This document shows, piece by piece, positions 52,654-64,000 of a stretch of DNA of 64,000 nucleotides (the first letter of the stretch is position 1; each line of letters begins with the position of its first letter). Source of the stretch: Pseudorhodoferax sp. (GTDB taxonomy: Bacteria > Pseudomonadota > Gammaproteobacteria > Burkholderiales > Burkholderiaceae_C); assembly GCA_049840715.1 (NCBI GenBank), contig JASGJO010000012.1:2376-66375 (forward strand), written 5' to 3'. The position numbers and the translations under genes were made by a program. The notes beneath the pieces are model-generated. The model was given only the letters and a program-made list of their open reading frames with translations, did no database searches and was not told the origin of the DNA.

Positions 52654-53640
52654 ATGACCAACTCCATCCGCCGCGCCATGCTGCGCACCGGCATCGCAGC
52701 CTGCGCGCTGGCCGCCGCCTTCGGCGCCTCCGCCCAGCAGTTCCCGACCAAGCCCGTGCGCATCATCACGCCCTTCCCGGTCGGCGGCGGCCCGGACGGC
52801 GTGGCCCGCCTGGCGGCCGACAAGCTCGCGCGCCTGTGGGGCCAGCCCGTGGTGGTGGAGAACCGCCCCGGCGGCAACGGCTTCATCGCCATCGACGCCT
52901 GGAAGCGCGGCGCCAAGGACGGCACCGACCTGCTGGTGCTGGACAACGTGCACCTGGCGGCCTACCCCGCGCTGTTCAAGAAGCTGCCCTACGACCCGCA
53001 GAAGGACTTCGACATCGCGCTGCCGCTGTTCAAGACGCACTTCTTCTTCACGGTGCCGACCAACAGCAAGTACAAGACCGTGGGCGACATCATTGCCGAC
53101 GCCAAGGCGCGGCCGGGCAAGCTCAACTACGGCTCCTGGTCGGTGGGCAACCCCGTGCACCTGGGCTCCGAGCTGTTCGAGAGCGTGACCGGCACGCAGA
53201 TGGAGCACGTGATCTTCAAGGAGACCACGCAGCTCTACACCTCGGTGGCCACGGGCGACATCGACTTCGCGCTGGGCAGCGCCGGCACGGCCGGCCCGCT
53301 GTACCGTGCCGGCAAGCTGCGCCTCGTGGCCTTCGCCGCGAACAAGCGCTCGGCCGACTTCCCCGACATCCCGACCGTGGCCGAATCGGGCGGCCCCAAG
53401 GACTTCGAGGTCACGGGCTGGAACGTGATCGCCCTGCCGCCGGGCCTGCCCGCGGCCACGGTGGACAAGATCCGCAAGGACTTCACCGAGATACTCAAGG
53501 ACAAGGACTTCGTCGAGCGCTTCAAGACCTTCGGCTACGAGCCGTTCCCGACCACGCCCGAGCAGTTCCAGGCCACCGTCAAGGCCGAGACGCAGCGCTT
53601 CGGCGACGTGATCCGCAAGGCCAACATCACTCTGGATTGA
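52654..53640 (+). CDS. Bug/TctC substrate-binding protein inside the lig operon
   Basis: FPTKPVRIITPFPVGGGPD, ENRPGGNG. Confidence 0.92.
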   Translation: MTNSIRRAMLRTGIAACALAAAFGASAQQFPTKPVRIITPFPVGGGPDGVARLAADKLARLWGQPVVVENRPGGNGFIAIDAWKRGAKDGTDLLVLDNVHLAAYPALFKKLPYDPQKDFDIALPLFKTHFFFTVPTNSKYKTVGDIIADAKARPGKLNYGSWSVGNPVHLGSELFESVTGTQMEHVIFKETTQLYTSVATGDIDFALGSAGTAGPLYRAGKLRLVAFAANKRSADFPDIPTVAESGGPKDFEVTGWNVIALPPGLPAATVDKIRKDFTEILKDKDFVERFKTFGYEPFPTTPEQFQATVKAETQRFGDVIRKANITLD

Positions 53641-53642
53641 TC

Positions 53643-55929
<2,287 letters not shown>

Positions 55930-55931
55930 AC

Positions 55932-56881
55932 ATGACGATCAAAGTAGCCCTCGCCGGCGCCGGCGCCTTCGGCATCAAGCACCTGGACGGCATCAAGAAC
56001 ATCGATGGCGTCGAGGTCGTCTCGCTGATCAGCCGCGACCTGGACAAGACCCGGGAAGTCGCCGCCAAGTACGGCATCGGCCACGTCACGACGAACCTGG
56101 AAGACAGCCTGGCGCTCAAGGAAGTGGATGCCGTGATCCTGTGCACGCCCACGCAGATGCACGCCTCGCAGACGCTGGCCTGCCTGAAGGCCGGCAAGCA
56201 CGTGCAGGTGGAGATCCCGCTGTGCGACGTGCTCGCGGACGGCGAGGAGGTCGTCGACCTGGCCAAGACCAGCGGCCTGGTGGCGATGTGCGGCCACACG
56301 CGGCGCTTCAATCCCAGCCACCAGTACGTGCACAAGAAGATCCAGGCCGGCGAGTTCAACGTCCAGCAGATGGACGTGCAGACCTACTTCTTCCGCCGCA
56401 CCAACATGAACGCGCTGGGCCAGCCGCGCAGCTGGACCGACCACCTGCTGTGGCACCACGCGGCACACACCGTGGACCTGTTCGCCTACCAGGCCGGCAG
56501 CCCCATCGTGAAGGCCAATGCCGTGCAGGGCCCGATCCACAAGGACCTGGGCATCGCCATGGACATGAGCATCCAGCTCAAGGCCGCCAACGGTGCGATC
56601 TGCACGCTGTCGCTGTCGTTCAACAACGATGGCCCGCTGGGCACCTTCTTCCGCTACATCGGCGACACGGCGACTTACATCGCGCGCTACGACGACCTGG
56701 TCAACGGCAAGGAAAGAAGATCGACGTGTCGAAGGTGGACGTGTCGATGAACGGCATCGAGCTGCAGGACCGCGAGTTCTTCGCCGCGATCCGCGAAGGC
56801 CGCGAGCCCAACAGCAGCGTGGCCCAGGTGCTGCCCTGCTACCAGGTGCTGGACCAGCTGGAGCGGCAGCTGAACGGCTGA
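55932..56881 (+). CDS. ligC: 4-carboxy-2-hydroxymuconate-6-semialdehyde dehydrogenase, frameshift at about 56713
   Basis: GAGAFG, KHVQVEIP, RSWTDHLLWHHAAH; the C-terminus KIDVSKVDVSMNGIELQDREF lies in another frame. Confidence 0.9.
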
Positions 56882-56897
56882 ACGCCGAGCGGCGGCT

Positions 56898-57344
56898 TCA
56901 GCCGGCCGCCGCCGCGCCGGTGGCGGTTCTCTTGAGGATGCGCCGCACCGTCTCGCGGCTCACCGAGCCCAGGCCGAACTGCTGGCGCGCGGCGCGCTCG
57001 AGTTCGAGCAGGGTCCAGCGCTGCCGGCCTTCCGGCGGCTCCGAATTGGCCAGCGCCATCACGCGCGCCTCGGCCTCCGCGCCGTAGCGGCGCGGGCGGC
57101 CCGAGCGGGCCAGGTCGAACACGGCCCGCTCCACCCCTCCCTGCAGGTACGCGGCCCGCGTGCGCCACAGCGCCGTGCGGCCGACGCCCAGCACCTCGAG
57201 GATCTGCGTTTCGGGGATGCCGCGGTCCAGGCACCACAGCAGATGGGCGCGGTTGACCTCGCGGGCGTGGTGCACGCCCTTGCTTCGGATCTCATCGACC
57301 GCGACCCGATCTTCTGCCGTCAGTTGCAGCTCGATCTGTCTCAT
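56898..57344 (-). mobile_element. Orphan IS630-family OrfA (HTH DNA-binding part), no DDE domain
   Basis: RAHLL, D..RSGRPRRY, PPEGRQRWTL, SRETVRRILK; ligC follows immediately, so there is no room for orfB. Confidence 0.78.
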
Positions 57345-57509
57345 GAGTACATCCTGTGTGCGTCTTGTTGGATTGTTTTAATGTATTCAAAGGTGCGCGG
57401 ATTCCATCCTTGCATGGATGAAACAAATTGTTCTCGCATGCCGGCGTCGGGCCGGGGCCATCGCCGCCGTCCGGGCGCGGGCGGCCGGGGCTGGCGGTAA
57501 GCTCGGCCC

Positions 57510-58514
57510 ATGCACACACGCACCATCGGACCTTTCACCGTCTCGGCCATCGGCCTGGGCTGCATGAACCTGAGCCACGCCTATGGCGTGCCGCCATCGC
57601 CCGAGCACGCCGAGCGGCTGCTGCTGGCCGCGCTGGACGCCGGCGTCACGCTGTTCGACACGGCGGCGCTGTACGGCTTCGGTGCCAACGAGGAACTGGT
57701 CGGGCGGGTGCTGAAAAGCCACCGCAGCCGGTTCACGCTGGCCAGCAAGGGCGGCATGGCCGGCGTGCGCGGGGAGGACGGCGTCGTGCGCCGCGTGATC
57801 GATGGCCGGCCCGAAGCCCTGCGTCGCAACTGCGAGGACAGCCTGCGCCGCCTGGGCACGGACGCCATCGACCTGTACTACCTGCACCGCTGGCACAAGG
57901 AGGTGCCGATCGAGGACAGCGTGGGCGCGCTGGCCGAACTCGTGCGCGCGGGCAAGGTCCGCACCATCGGCCTGTCGGAAGTCTCGGCCGCCACCATCCG
58001 CAAGGCGCATGCGGTGCACCCCATCACGGCCGTGCAGACCGAGTACTCGCTGTGGACGCGCAACCCCGAGATCGCGGTGCTGGACACCTGCCATGAGATC
58101 GGCGCCGCCTTCGTCGCCTTCAGCCCGCTGGCCCGCGCCTACCTGACCGACACGCTGCACGACGTGGCGGCGCTGGACGCCAAGGACATCCGCCGGCCCA
58201 TGCCGCGCTTCGCGCCGCAGAACTACGCGGCCAACCTGCAGCTGCTGCAGCCCTACGTGGCGTTCGCGCGCGAGGTGGGCTGCACGCCCGCCCAACTGGC
58301 GCTGGCCTGGCTGCTGCACAAGGCGCCGCACATCGTGCCGATCCCGGGCACGACGAACCTGGCGCACCTGCAGGAAGACCTGGACGCCGCCAAGGTGCAG
58401 CTGACACCCGCGCAGATGGCGCGCGCCGAGGCGCTGATCGGCCAGCACAACGTGGTCGGCCCGCGCTACGCGCCGCAGGCCACGGGCGAGGTGGACACCG
58501 AGAACTTCGCTTGA
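57510..58514 (+). CDS. Aldo/keto reductase
   Basis: IGLGCMNLS, DTAALYG, IDLYYLHR, IGLSE, PIPGT. Confidence 0.93.
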   Translation: MHTRTIGPFTVSAIGLGCMNLSHAYGVPPSPEHAERLLLAALDAGVTLFDTAALYGFGANEELVGRVLKSHRSRFTLASKGGMAGVRGEDGVVRRVIDGRPEALRRNCEDSLRRLGTDAIDLYYLHRWHKEVPIEDSVGALAELVRAGKVRTIGLSEVSAATIRKAHAVHPITAVQTEYSLWTRNPEIAVLDTCHEIGAAFVAFSPLARAYLTDTLHDVAALDAKDIRRPMPRFAPQNYAANLQLLQPYVAFAREVGCTPAQLALAWLLHKAPHIVPIPGTTNLAHLQEDLDAAKVQLTPAQMARAEALIGQHNVVGPRYAPQATGEVDTENFA

Positions 58515-58548
58515 GATAAACCGAAACAAAGCGAAACCGCCCCGAGAC
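58513..58548 (+). promoter_or_regulatory. Phased direct repeats, putative OmpR/CpxR-type binding site
   Basis: GAGAT/GAAAC/GAAAC/GAGAC at 58513, 58523, 58533 and 58544. Confidence 0.55.
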
Positions 58549-58612
58549 CCCCGCGGCGCGGTGCGCCGGCACCATCGCTGCCATGTTCACTTCTCTTTCA
58601 AGAGGCATGGCA

Positions 58613-59074
58613 ATGAGATCCTGGATCAAGCGCAGTCTGGCGGGCCTGTTCGGTGCCGCCGTGGTGGTCGGCAGCCTGTCGGCCTGCGGCCACCGGCCGC
58701 ACGATGGCGGCTGGAACGCCAGCGCCGAGCAGATGGCCGAGCGCCGCGCCAAGATGGTGGCGCGCGTGGCCGGCAAGCTGGACCTGGACGCGGCGCAGAA
58801 GGCCAAGCTCGAGGTGCTGGCCGGCAAGCTGTCCGAGCAGCGCAGCGCGCTGATGGCCGGCGCCCATCCGCGCGAGCAGGCCCAGGCCCTGGTGGCGGGC
58901 GAGAAGTTCGACCGCGCCGGCGCGCAGGCCCTGGTGGACCAGAAGACCGATGCGCTGAAGGCCAAGGCGCCCGAGGTCGTGACCGCGCTGGGCGACTTCT
59001 ACGACAGCCTGACGCCGGCCCAGCAGCAGAAGGTGCGCGACTTCATGCAGCGCCGCGGCTGGCACCGCGGATGA
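58613..59074 (+). CDS. Spy/CpxP-family periplasmic lipoprotein
   Basis: LSAC lipobox, LDLDAAQK and LTPAQQ (LTxxQ) motifs; upstream of a two-component system. Confidence 0.85.
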   Translation: MRSWIKRSLAGLFGAAVVVGSLSACGHRPHDGGWNASAEQMAERRAKMVARVAGKLDLDAAQKAKLEVLAGKLSEQRSALMAGAHPREQAQALVAGEKFDRAGAQALVDQKTDALKAKAPEVVTALGDFYDSLTPAQQQKVRDFMQRRGWHRG

Positions 59075-59084
59075 CAATGCAGGC

Positions 59085-59777
59085 ATGCCCCGCATCCTGC
59101 TGATCGACGACGACGCCGACCTGGGCGCTCCGCTGGCCGCGTACTTCGCGCGCTTCGAGCTGGAGCTGCTCCAGGCCCTGCACCCGGACGAGGGCCTGGC
59201 GCGCCTGCGCGCTGGCGGCTTCGACGCCGCGATCCTGGACGTGATGCTGCCCGGCATGGACGGCTTCGCGCTGTGCCGCGCGATCCGCAAGGACAGCGAC
59301 CTGCCCGTGCTCATGCTGACCGCGCGCGGCGAGGTCATGGACCGCGTGGTCGGCCTGGAGCTGGGCGCGGACGACTACATCCCCAAGCCCTTCGAGCCGC
59401 GCGAACTCGTGGCGCGCGTGCAGACCGTGCTGCGCCGGCGTGTGGCGCCGGCCGCCGCGGCGGAAGACGCGCGCCTGCGCTTCGAGGGGCTCGAGATCGA
59501 CCCGGTCACGCGCAGCGTCTGGCGCGGCGGCCAGGCGCTGGAGCTGACCGGCACCGAGTTCGAGCTGCTGCAGCTGCTGGCGCGCGAGCCCGGCCGCGTC
59601 TGGAGCCGCGACGACATCCTGAACCAGCTGCGCGGCCACGAAGCCGAGCTCTACACGCGCGCGGTCGACATCGTGATCAGCCGGCTGCGCAAGAAGCTCG
59701 AACCGCTGGACGCGATCAAGACGCTGCGCAACGCCGGCTACGCGCTGGCCCTCGCACCGCGCAACGGCCGTGGCTGA
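59085..59777 (+). CDS. OmpR-family response regulator
   Basis: ILLIDDD, LDVMLP, GADDYIPKPF, RLRKKL. Confidence 0.94.
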   Translation: MPRILLIDDDADLGAPLAAYFARFELELLQALHPDEGLARLRAGGFDAAILDVMLPGMDGFALCRAIRKDSDLPVLMLTARGEVMDRVVGLELGADDYIPKPFEPRELVARVQTVLRRRVAPAAAAEDARLRFEGLEIDPVTRSVWRGGQALELTGTEFELLQLLAREPGRVWSRDDILNQLRGHEAELYTRAVDIVISRLRKKLEPLDAIKTLRNAGYALALAPRNGRG

Positions 59778-61113
59778 AGCGCGCACGAGCGAGGCCTGCG
59801 TGCAGGGCTGGCACCGGCGCGCGCACCGCGCCATGCGGCATTCGCTGCGGCTGCGGCTCGTCGCGCTGTTCCTGCTGCTGGCGCTGGCCATGTCGGCCAG
59901 CTTCCTGTTCGGCATGCAGCGGGCGATCTCCATGGGCTGGCGCGATGCCGTGCGGCCGCTCGCGGCCGACTACGTGGACCGGCTGGTCGCCGAGATCGGT
60001 AGCCCGCCCAGCGTGGCGCGCGCGCAGGCGCTGACGGCGCGCCTGCCGATCAGCGTGAGCATCTCCGGCCCGTCCGTGCACTGGAAGAGCGAGCCGGAGG
60101 CGGGCCGCGAGCGCTACCGGGACCGGGACGGCGACGGCAACGAGCACGAGTTTCTGCGCCGCACCACGGCCGACGGCCATGTGGTGGAGCTGGGCCTGTC
60201 GGTCGCGGCCTGGCAGGACAAGCCGCGCCGCGTCGGCTGGATGACGCTGTCGGTGCTGCTGGTGCTGACCATGCTGGCCTGGATCTACGTGCACCGGCTG
60301 CTGCGCCCGCTGCGCGACATCGGCGCGGGCGCGCGGCGCTTCGGCGCCGGCGATTTCGCCGAGCCGATCCCGGTGCGCCGGCACGACGAGCTCGGCCAGC
60401 TGGCCGAAGGCGTCAACACCATGGCCCAGGACATCCACGGCATGCTGGAGGCCAAGCGCGGCCTGCTGCTGGCCATCAGCCACGAGCTGCGCAGCCCGCT
60501 CACGCGCGCGCGCCTGCACACCGAGCTGCTGCCCGAGACGCCCGCGCTCGCGCCCACGCGCGAGGCGCTGCTGCGCGACCTGGCCGTGATGCGCGACCTC
60601 GTCACCGACCTGCTGGAGAGCGAGCGCCTGGCCGTGCGCCACGCGGCGCTGCAGCTGGAGCCGACCGACCTGGCCGCATTGGCGCGCGAGGTGCTGCACG
60701 GCCTGGGCGGGGAGGGCGGCCAGTTGCCGCGCCTGCAGGCGGCCGAGGGCCTGCCGCAGCTGCCGCTGGACCGTGCGCGCATGCGCCTCTTGCTGCGCAA
60801 CCTGCTGGGCAACGCGCAGCGCCACAGCGGCGGTGCACCGCAGCCGCCCGAACTGCATCTGCAGCCCGAGAACGGCGGCATCCGCCTGCGCGTGCGCGAC
60901 CACGGCCCGGGCGTGGACGCTTCCGTGCTGCCGCACCTGGCCGAGCCCTTCTACCGGCCCGACGCCGCGCGCGAGCGCAGCAGCGGTGGCGTGGGACTGG
61001 GGCTGTACCTGTGCCGGCTGGTGGCCGAGGCCCACGGCGCGACCTGGCAGGTGGCCAACGCACACCCCGGGCTGGTGGTGCAGGTGGATCTGCCCGCGCC
61101 AGGCCGGACGTAA
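59770..61113 (+). CDS. Sensor histidine kinase (HAMP-HisKA-HATPase)
   Basis: ISHELRSPL, NLLGNA, DHGPG, GVGLGL. Confidence 0.93.
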   Translation: MAEARTSEACVQGWHRRAHRAMRHSLRLRLVALFLLLALAMSASFLFGMQRAISMGWRDAVRPLAADYVDRLVAEIGSPPSVARAQALTARLPISVSISGPSVHWKSEPEAGRERYRDRDGDGNEHEFLRRTTADGHVVELGLSVAAWQDKPRRVGWMTLSVLLVLTMLAWIYVHRLLRPLRDIGAGARRFGAGDFAEPIPVRRHDELGQLAEGVNTMAQDIHGMLEAKRGLLLAISHELRSPLTRARLHTELLPETPALAPTREALLRDLAVMRDLVTDLLESERLAVRHAALQLEPTDLAALAREVLHGLGGEGGQLPRLQAAEGLPQLPLDRARMRLLLRNLLGNAQRHSGGAPQPPELHLQPENGGIRLRVRDHGPGVDASVLPHLAEPFYRPDAARERSSGGVGLGLYLCRLVAEAHGATWQVANAHPGLVVQVDLPAPGRT

Positions 61114-61136
61114 AAAAAGCCCGCTTGCGCGGGCTT
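61112..61136 (-). terminator. Rho-independent terminator of rpoD
   Basis: AAGCCCGC-N4-GCGGGCTT stem with a T7 run on the minus strand. Confidence 0.85.
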
Positions 61137-61145
61137 GGTTGGGGT

Positions 61146-63485
61146 CTACAGCGTGTCGATGAAGCTGCGCAGCTTGTCGCTGCGGCTCGGGTGCTTCAGC
61201 TTGCGCAGCGCCTTGGCTTCGATCTGGCGGATGCGCTCGCGCGTCACGTCGAACTGCTTGCCGACTTCTTCCAGCGTGTGGTCGGTCGACATCTCGATGC
61301 CGAAGCGCATGCGCAGCACCTTGGCTTCGCGCGGCGTCAGCGAGTCCAGGATGTCCTTGACCACGTCGCGCAGGCCGGCCTGCATGGCGGCCTCGATCGG
61401 CGCGGTGTTGGCGCTGTCCTCGATGAAGTCGCCCAGGTGGCTGTCGTCGTCGTCGCCGATCGGCGTCTCCATGGAGATCGGCTCCTTGGCGATCTTCATG
61501 ATCTTGCGGATCTTGTCTTCCGGGATCTCCATGCGCTCGGCCAGGATGGACGCATCGGGCTCGAAGCCGAACTCCTGCAAGTGCTGGCGGCTGATGCGGT
61601 TCATCTTGTTGATGGTCTCGATCATGTGCACCGGGATCCGGATGGTGCGGGCCTGGTCGGCGATGGACCGGGTGATGGCCTGGCGGATCCACCACGTGGC
61701 GTAGGTCGAGAACTTGTAGCCGCGGCGGTACTCGAACTTGTCCACGGCCTTCATGAGGCCGATGTTGCCTTCCTGGATCAGGTCCAGGAACTGCAGGCCG
61801 CGGTTGGTGTACTTCTTGGCGATGGAAATCACGAGGCGCAGGTTGGCCTCGATCATTTCCTTCTTGGCATCGCGCGACGAGGCCTCGCCTTCGTTCATGC
61901 GCTTGTTGATGTCCTTGAGCTCGTCCAGCGGCACGACCACCTGGGCCTGGATGTCCATGAGCTTTTGCTGCAGGTCCTGCACCGGCGGGATGTTGCGGCC
62001 CATGATCGCGGCCCAGGGCTTGTTCGAGGCGGCCTGCTTCTCGATCCACTTGAGGTCCAGCAGGTGCGAGGCGATCTTGTTGCCCATCTTGTCGCGGCCG
62101 CTGAACTCGGCGATGAACTGCTCCTGCGGGTAGCCGCACTTGTCCACGATGATGCGGCGCAGCTCGCGCTCCTTCTTGCGCACGTCGTCGACCTGGCCGC
62201 GCAGCAGGTCGCACAGCTTCTCGATGGTCTTGGCCGTGAAGCGGATGGTCATCAGCTCCTCGCTGACGGCCTCCTGGGCCTTCAGGTAGTGGGCCGAGCC
62301 GTAGCCTTCCTTGTCGTAGATCTTGTGGACCTTCTCGAACAGCTCGCGCAGGCGGTCGAAGCGCGACAGCGCCTCGTTCTTGAGCTCCTCGAGCTTCTTG
62401 GTCAGCGCCTTGGAGCCGCCCTTGCCGTCGTCGTCGTCGGCCGCGTCGAACTCGTCGAAGTCTTCCTCGGCCACGTAGTCGTCGGCCTCGTTGGGGTCGG
62501 TGAAGCCGTCCACGATGGTGGAGATCACGACCTTGCCTTCGCGGATCTCCTCGCCCAGGCGGAACACCTCGGCCAGCGTGGCGGGGCTGGCGCTGATGGC
62601 TTCCATCATGCGCATGAGGCCGCCCTCGATGCGCTTGGCGATCTCGATCTCGCCCTCACGCGTGAGCAGCTCCACCGTGCCCATCTCGCGCATGTACATG
62701 CGCACCGGGTCGGTGGTGCGGCCGAATTCGCTGTCCACGGTGGACAGGGCGGCCTCGGCGGCTTCCTCGGCTTCCTCCTCGGTCGAGCCGGTGGGCGCGT
62801 TGTCGGTGATGATCATCGACTCGGCGTCCGGCGTCTGCTCGTAGACGGCCACGCCCAGGTCGTTCAGCGTGGCGATCACGACTTCCAGCGTCTCGGCGTC
62901 GACCAGCTTGTCGGGCAGGTGGTCGGAGATTTCGCCGTGCGTGAGGTAGCCGCGCGTCTTGCCCAGCTTGATCAGGGCCTTCAGGCGCTGGCGGCGCTTG
63001 GCCATGTCCTCCTCGGACAGCACGGTCTCGTCCAGGCCGAATTCCTTCATCAAGGCCCGTTCCTTGGCCTTGCTGATCTTCATGCGCAGCGGCTTGGCCT
63101 TCTCGACCGGGGCGTCGGCGGCCGCCGGCGCTGCGGGCTCTTCCGCGAACTCCTCCTCGATGTCGGACATGTCGTCGCCGACGTCGTCCTCGTCCAGCGC
63201 CTTGGGCGCGGCCTTCTTGGCGGCGGCCTTCTTGGTCGCGCCTTCGGCGGCCGCCTTGGGCGGGCGGCCGGGCTTCTTCTTGGTCACGGTCTCATCGCCC
63301 GCGGCAGCGGCGGCGGCGGTCTTCTTGGCGGGCTTTTCCGAGGCGGGGGTCTTCGATGCGGGCAAGGTCAGGGCTTTCGTAGGGGACTTGGCTGCGGCCT
63401 GCGCCTTGGGCGCCGGCTTGGCTGCGGCCTTTGCAGCAGGCTTGGCGGACTTCTGGACAGGCTTCTCGGACTTCTGGCTTGGCAT
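61146..63485 (-). CDS. rpoD: RNA polymerase primary sigma factor with long N-terminal extension
   Basis: [54 protein letters not shown]; SD GAGG. Confidence 0.98.
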   Translation of the reverse strand: MPSQKSEKPVQKSAKPAAKAAAKPAPKAQAAAKSPTKALTLPASKTPASEKPAKKTAAAAAAGDETVTKKKPGRPPKAAAEGATKKAAAKKAAPKALDEDDVGDDMSDIEEEFAEEPAAPAAADAPVEKAKPLRMKISKAKERALMKEFGLDETVLSEEDMAKRRQRLKALIKLGKTRGYLTHGEISDHLPDKLVDAETLEVVIATLNDLGVAVYEQTPDAESMIITDNAPTGSTEEEAEEAAEAALSTVDSEFGRTTDPVRMYMREMGTVELLTREGEIEIAKRIEGGLMRMMEAISASPATLAEVFRLGEEIREGKVVISTIVDGFTDPNEADDYVAEEDFDEFDAADDDDGKGGSKALTKKLEELKNEALSRFDRLRELFEKVHKIYDKEGYGSAHYLKAQEAVSEELMTIRFTAKTIEKLCDLLRGQVDDVRKKERELRRIIVDKCGYPQEQFIAEFSGRDKMGNKIASHLLDLKWIEKQAASNKPWAAIMGRNIPPVQDLQQKLMDIQAQVVVPLDELKDINKRMNEGEASSRDAKKEMIEANLRLVISIAKKYTNRGLQFLDLIQEGNIGLMKAVDKFEYRRGYKFSTYATWWIRQAITRSIADQARTIRIPVHMIETINKMNRISRQHLQEFGFEPDASILAERMEIPEDKIRKIMKIAKEPISMETPIGDDDDSHLGDFIEDSANTAPIEAAMQAGLRDVVKDILDSLTPREAKVLRMRFGIEMSTDHTLEEVGKQFDVTRERIRQIEAKALRKLKHPSRSDKLRSFIDTL

Positions 63486-63718
63486 GGACACACCTCGACA
63501 CGACGAAAAACGCGAACAACAAGCGCCGCTTACAACCCGGCGCGGGGGCGACGGGGCCAGGCCTTCCGCGCGGGGAAAGCAGGGCCCATGGGCAAGATGT
63601 GGGGGCGATCATTTGGAATGCAGCCCTTGCGATGAGATTGGCCGGTCGTGCGCGCGTTGGCATCGGTTGGCCGGGCTCGGAGGTACTGCTGTCGCTCTTG
63701 CCGCGAGACAAACCCAAG

Positions 63719-63745
63719 AGTATAGCCGATGCGGGGAATTTCAAG
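63719..63745 (-). promoter_or_regulatory. Candidate rpoD promoter
   Basis: CTTGAA...TATACT on the minus strand at the dnaG stop; spacing is short for sigma70, possibly sigma32-like. Confidence 0.4.
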
Positions 63746-64000
63746 CCGCGAGCGATTTCTTGAGCGCCAGTTGCTGCAGGATGAGATCGCGTTCGCGGCC
63801 GATGCGCTCCGGGTCGGAGGCCGGCAAGGTTTCAAGGTACTTGAGTTCTTCAGCGATCACGTCGCGGTGTAGTCGGGTCAGCGTGGTGCGTACCACGGCA
63901 AGTGGCACGTCCTCGATCTCGAACACGCGCTCGAATGGTTGGAGGTTGTCCTGGGCGACCAGCCGGCGCGCTTCGGGCTCAAACGGCTGGCCCTGCAGCG
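63741..64000 (-). CDS. dnaG: DNA primase C-terminus (partial)
   Basis: Open frame from the window edge to the stop at 63741, helical composition, conserved dnaG-rpoD synteny; no diagnostic motif visible. Confidence 0.65.
   Translation of the reverse strand, partial: LQGQPFEPEARRLVAQDNLQPFERVFEIEDVPLAVVRTTLTRLHRDVIAEELKYLETLPASDPERIGRERDLILQQLALKKSLAA

Noticed and set aside
56882-57430. Active IS630 insertion sequence
   Set aside because: No DDE domain, and no recognisable paired terminal inverted repeats or TA duplication.

Overview
This is a high-GC chromosomal window whose gene content and style suggest a Burkholderiales/Comamonadaceae genome (inference). It is mostly accessory catabolism and transport and ends in the core dnaG-rpoD locus. 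In order it contains: a VWA gene; a 699-aa low-GC lipoprotein; a sigma54-controlled operon (PaaI thioesterase, single-chain acyl-CoA carboxylase, double CaiB CoA-transferase, Bug); aapJQM without an ATPase; a vapBC TA pair; an IclR-linked acyl-CoA cluster; phoX with a clear Pho box; a sugar-acid cluster (GntR, denD, XylD-like dehydratase, ABC transporter); GGDEF and EAL genes flanking metE-like/cls and an unlisted 37-aa membrane protein; vanAB-vanR with a Liv-type ABC transporter; a HigBA-like TA pair; the protocatechuate 4,5-cleavage operon with a fused LigAB; an orphan IS630 DNA-binding ORF; an aldo-keto reductase; a Spy/CpxP-RR-HK module; rpoD and the 3' end of dnaG. Four genes carry single-base indels that look like long-read assembly errors. 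I saw no CRISPR array, rRNA, tRNA, prophage or intact IS. No single unmistakable new system stands out. The best leads are a protein-coding palindromic element at the aapQ start, a possibly domesticated IS630 HTH protein, the uncharacterised carboxylase pathway, the LigAB fusion, the small protein and a recurrent leaderless-mRNA architecture. All family calls come from motif recognition; no searches were run.
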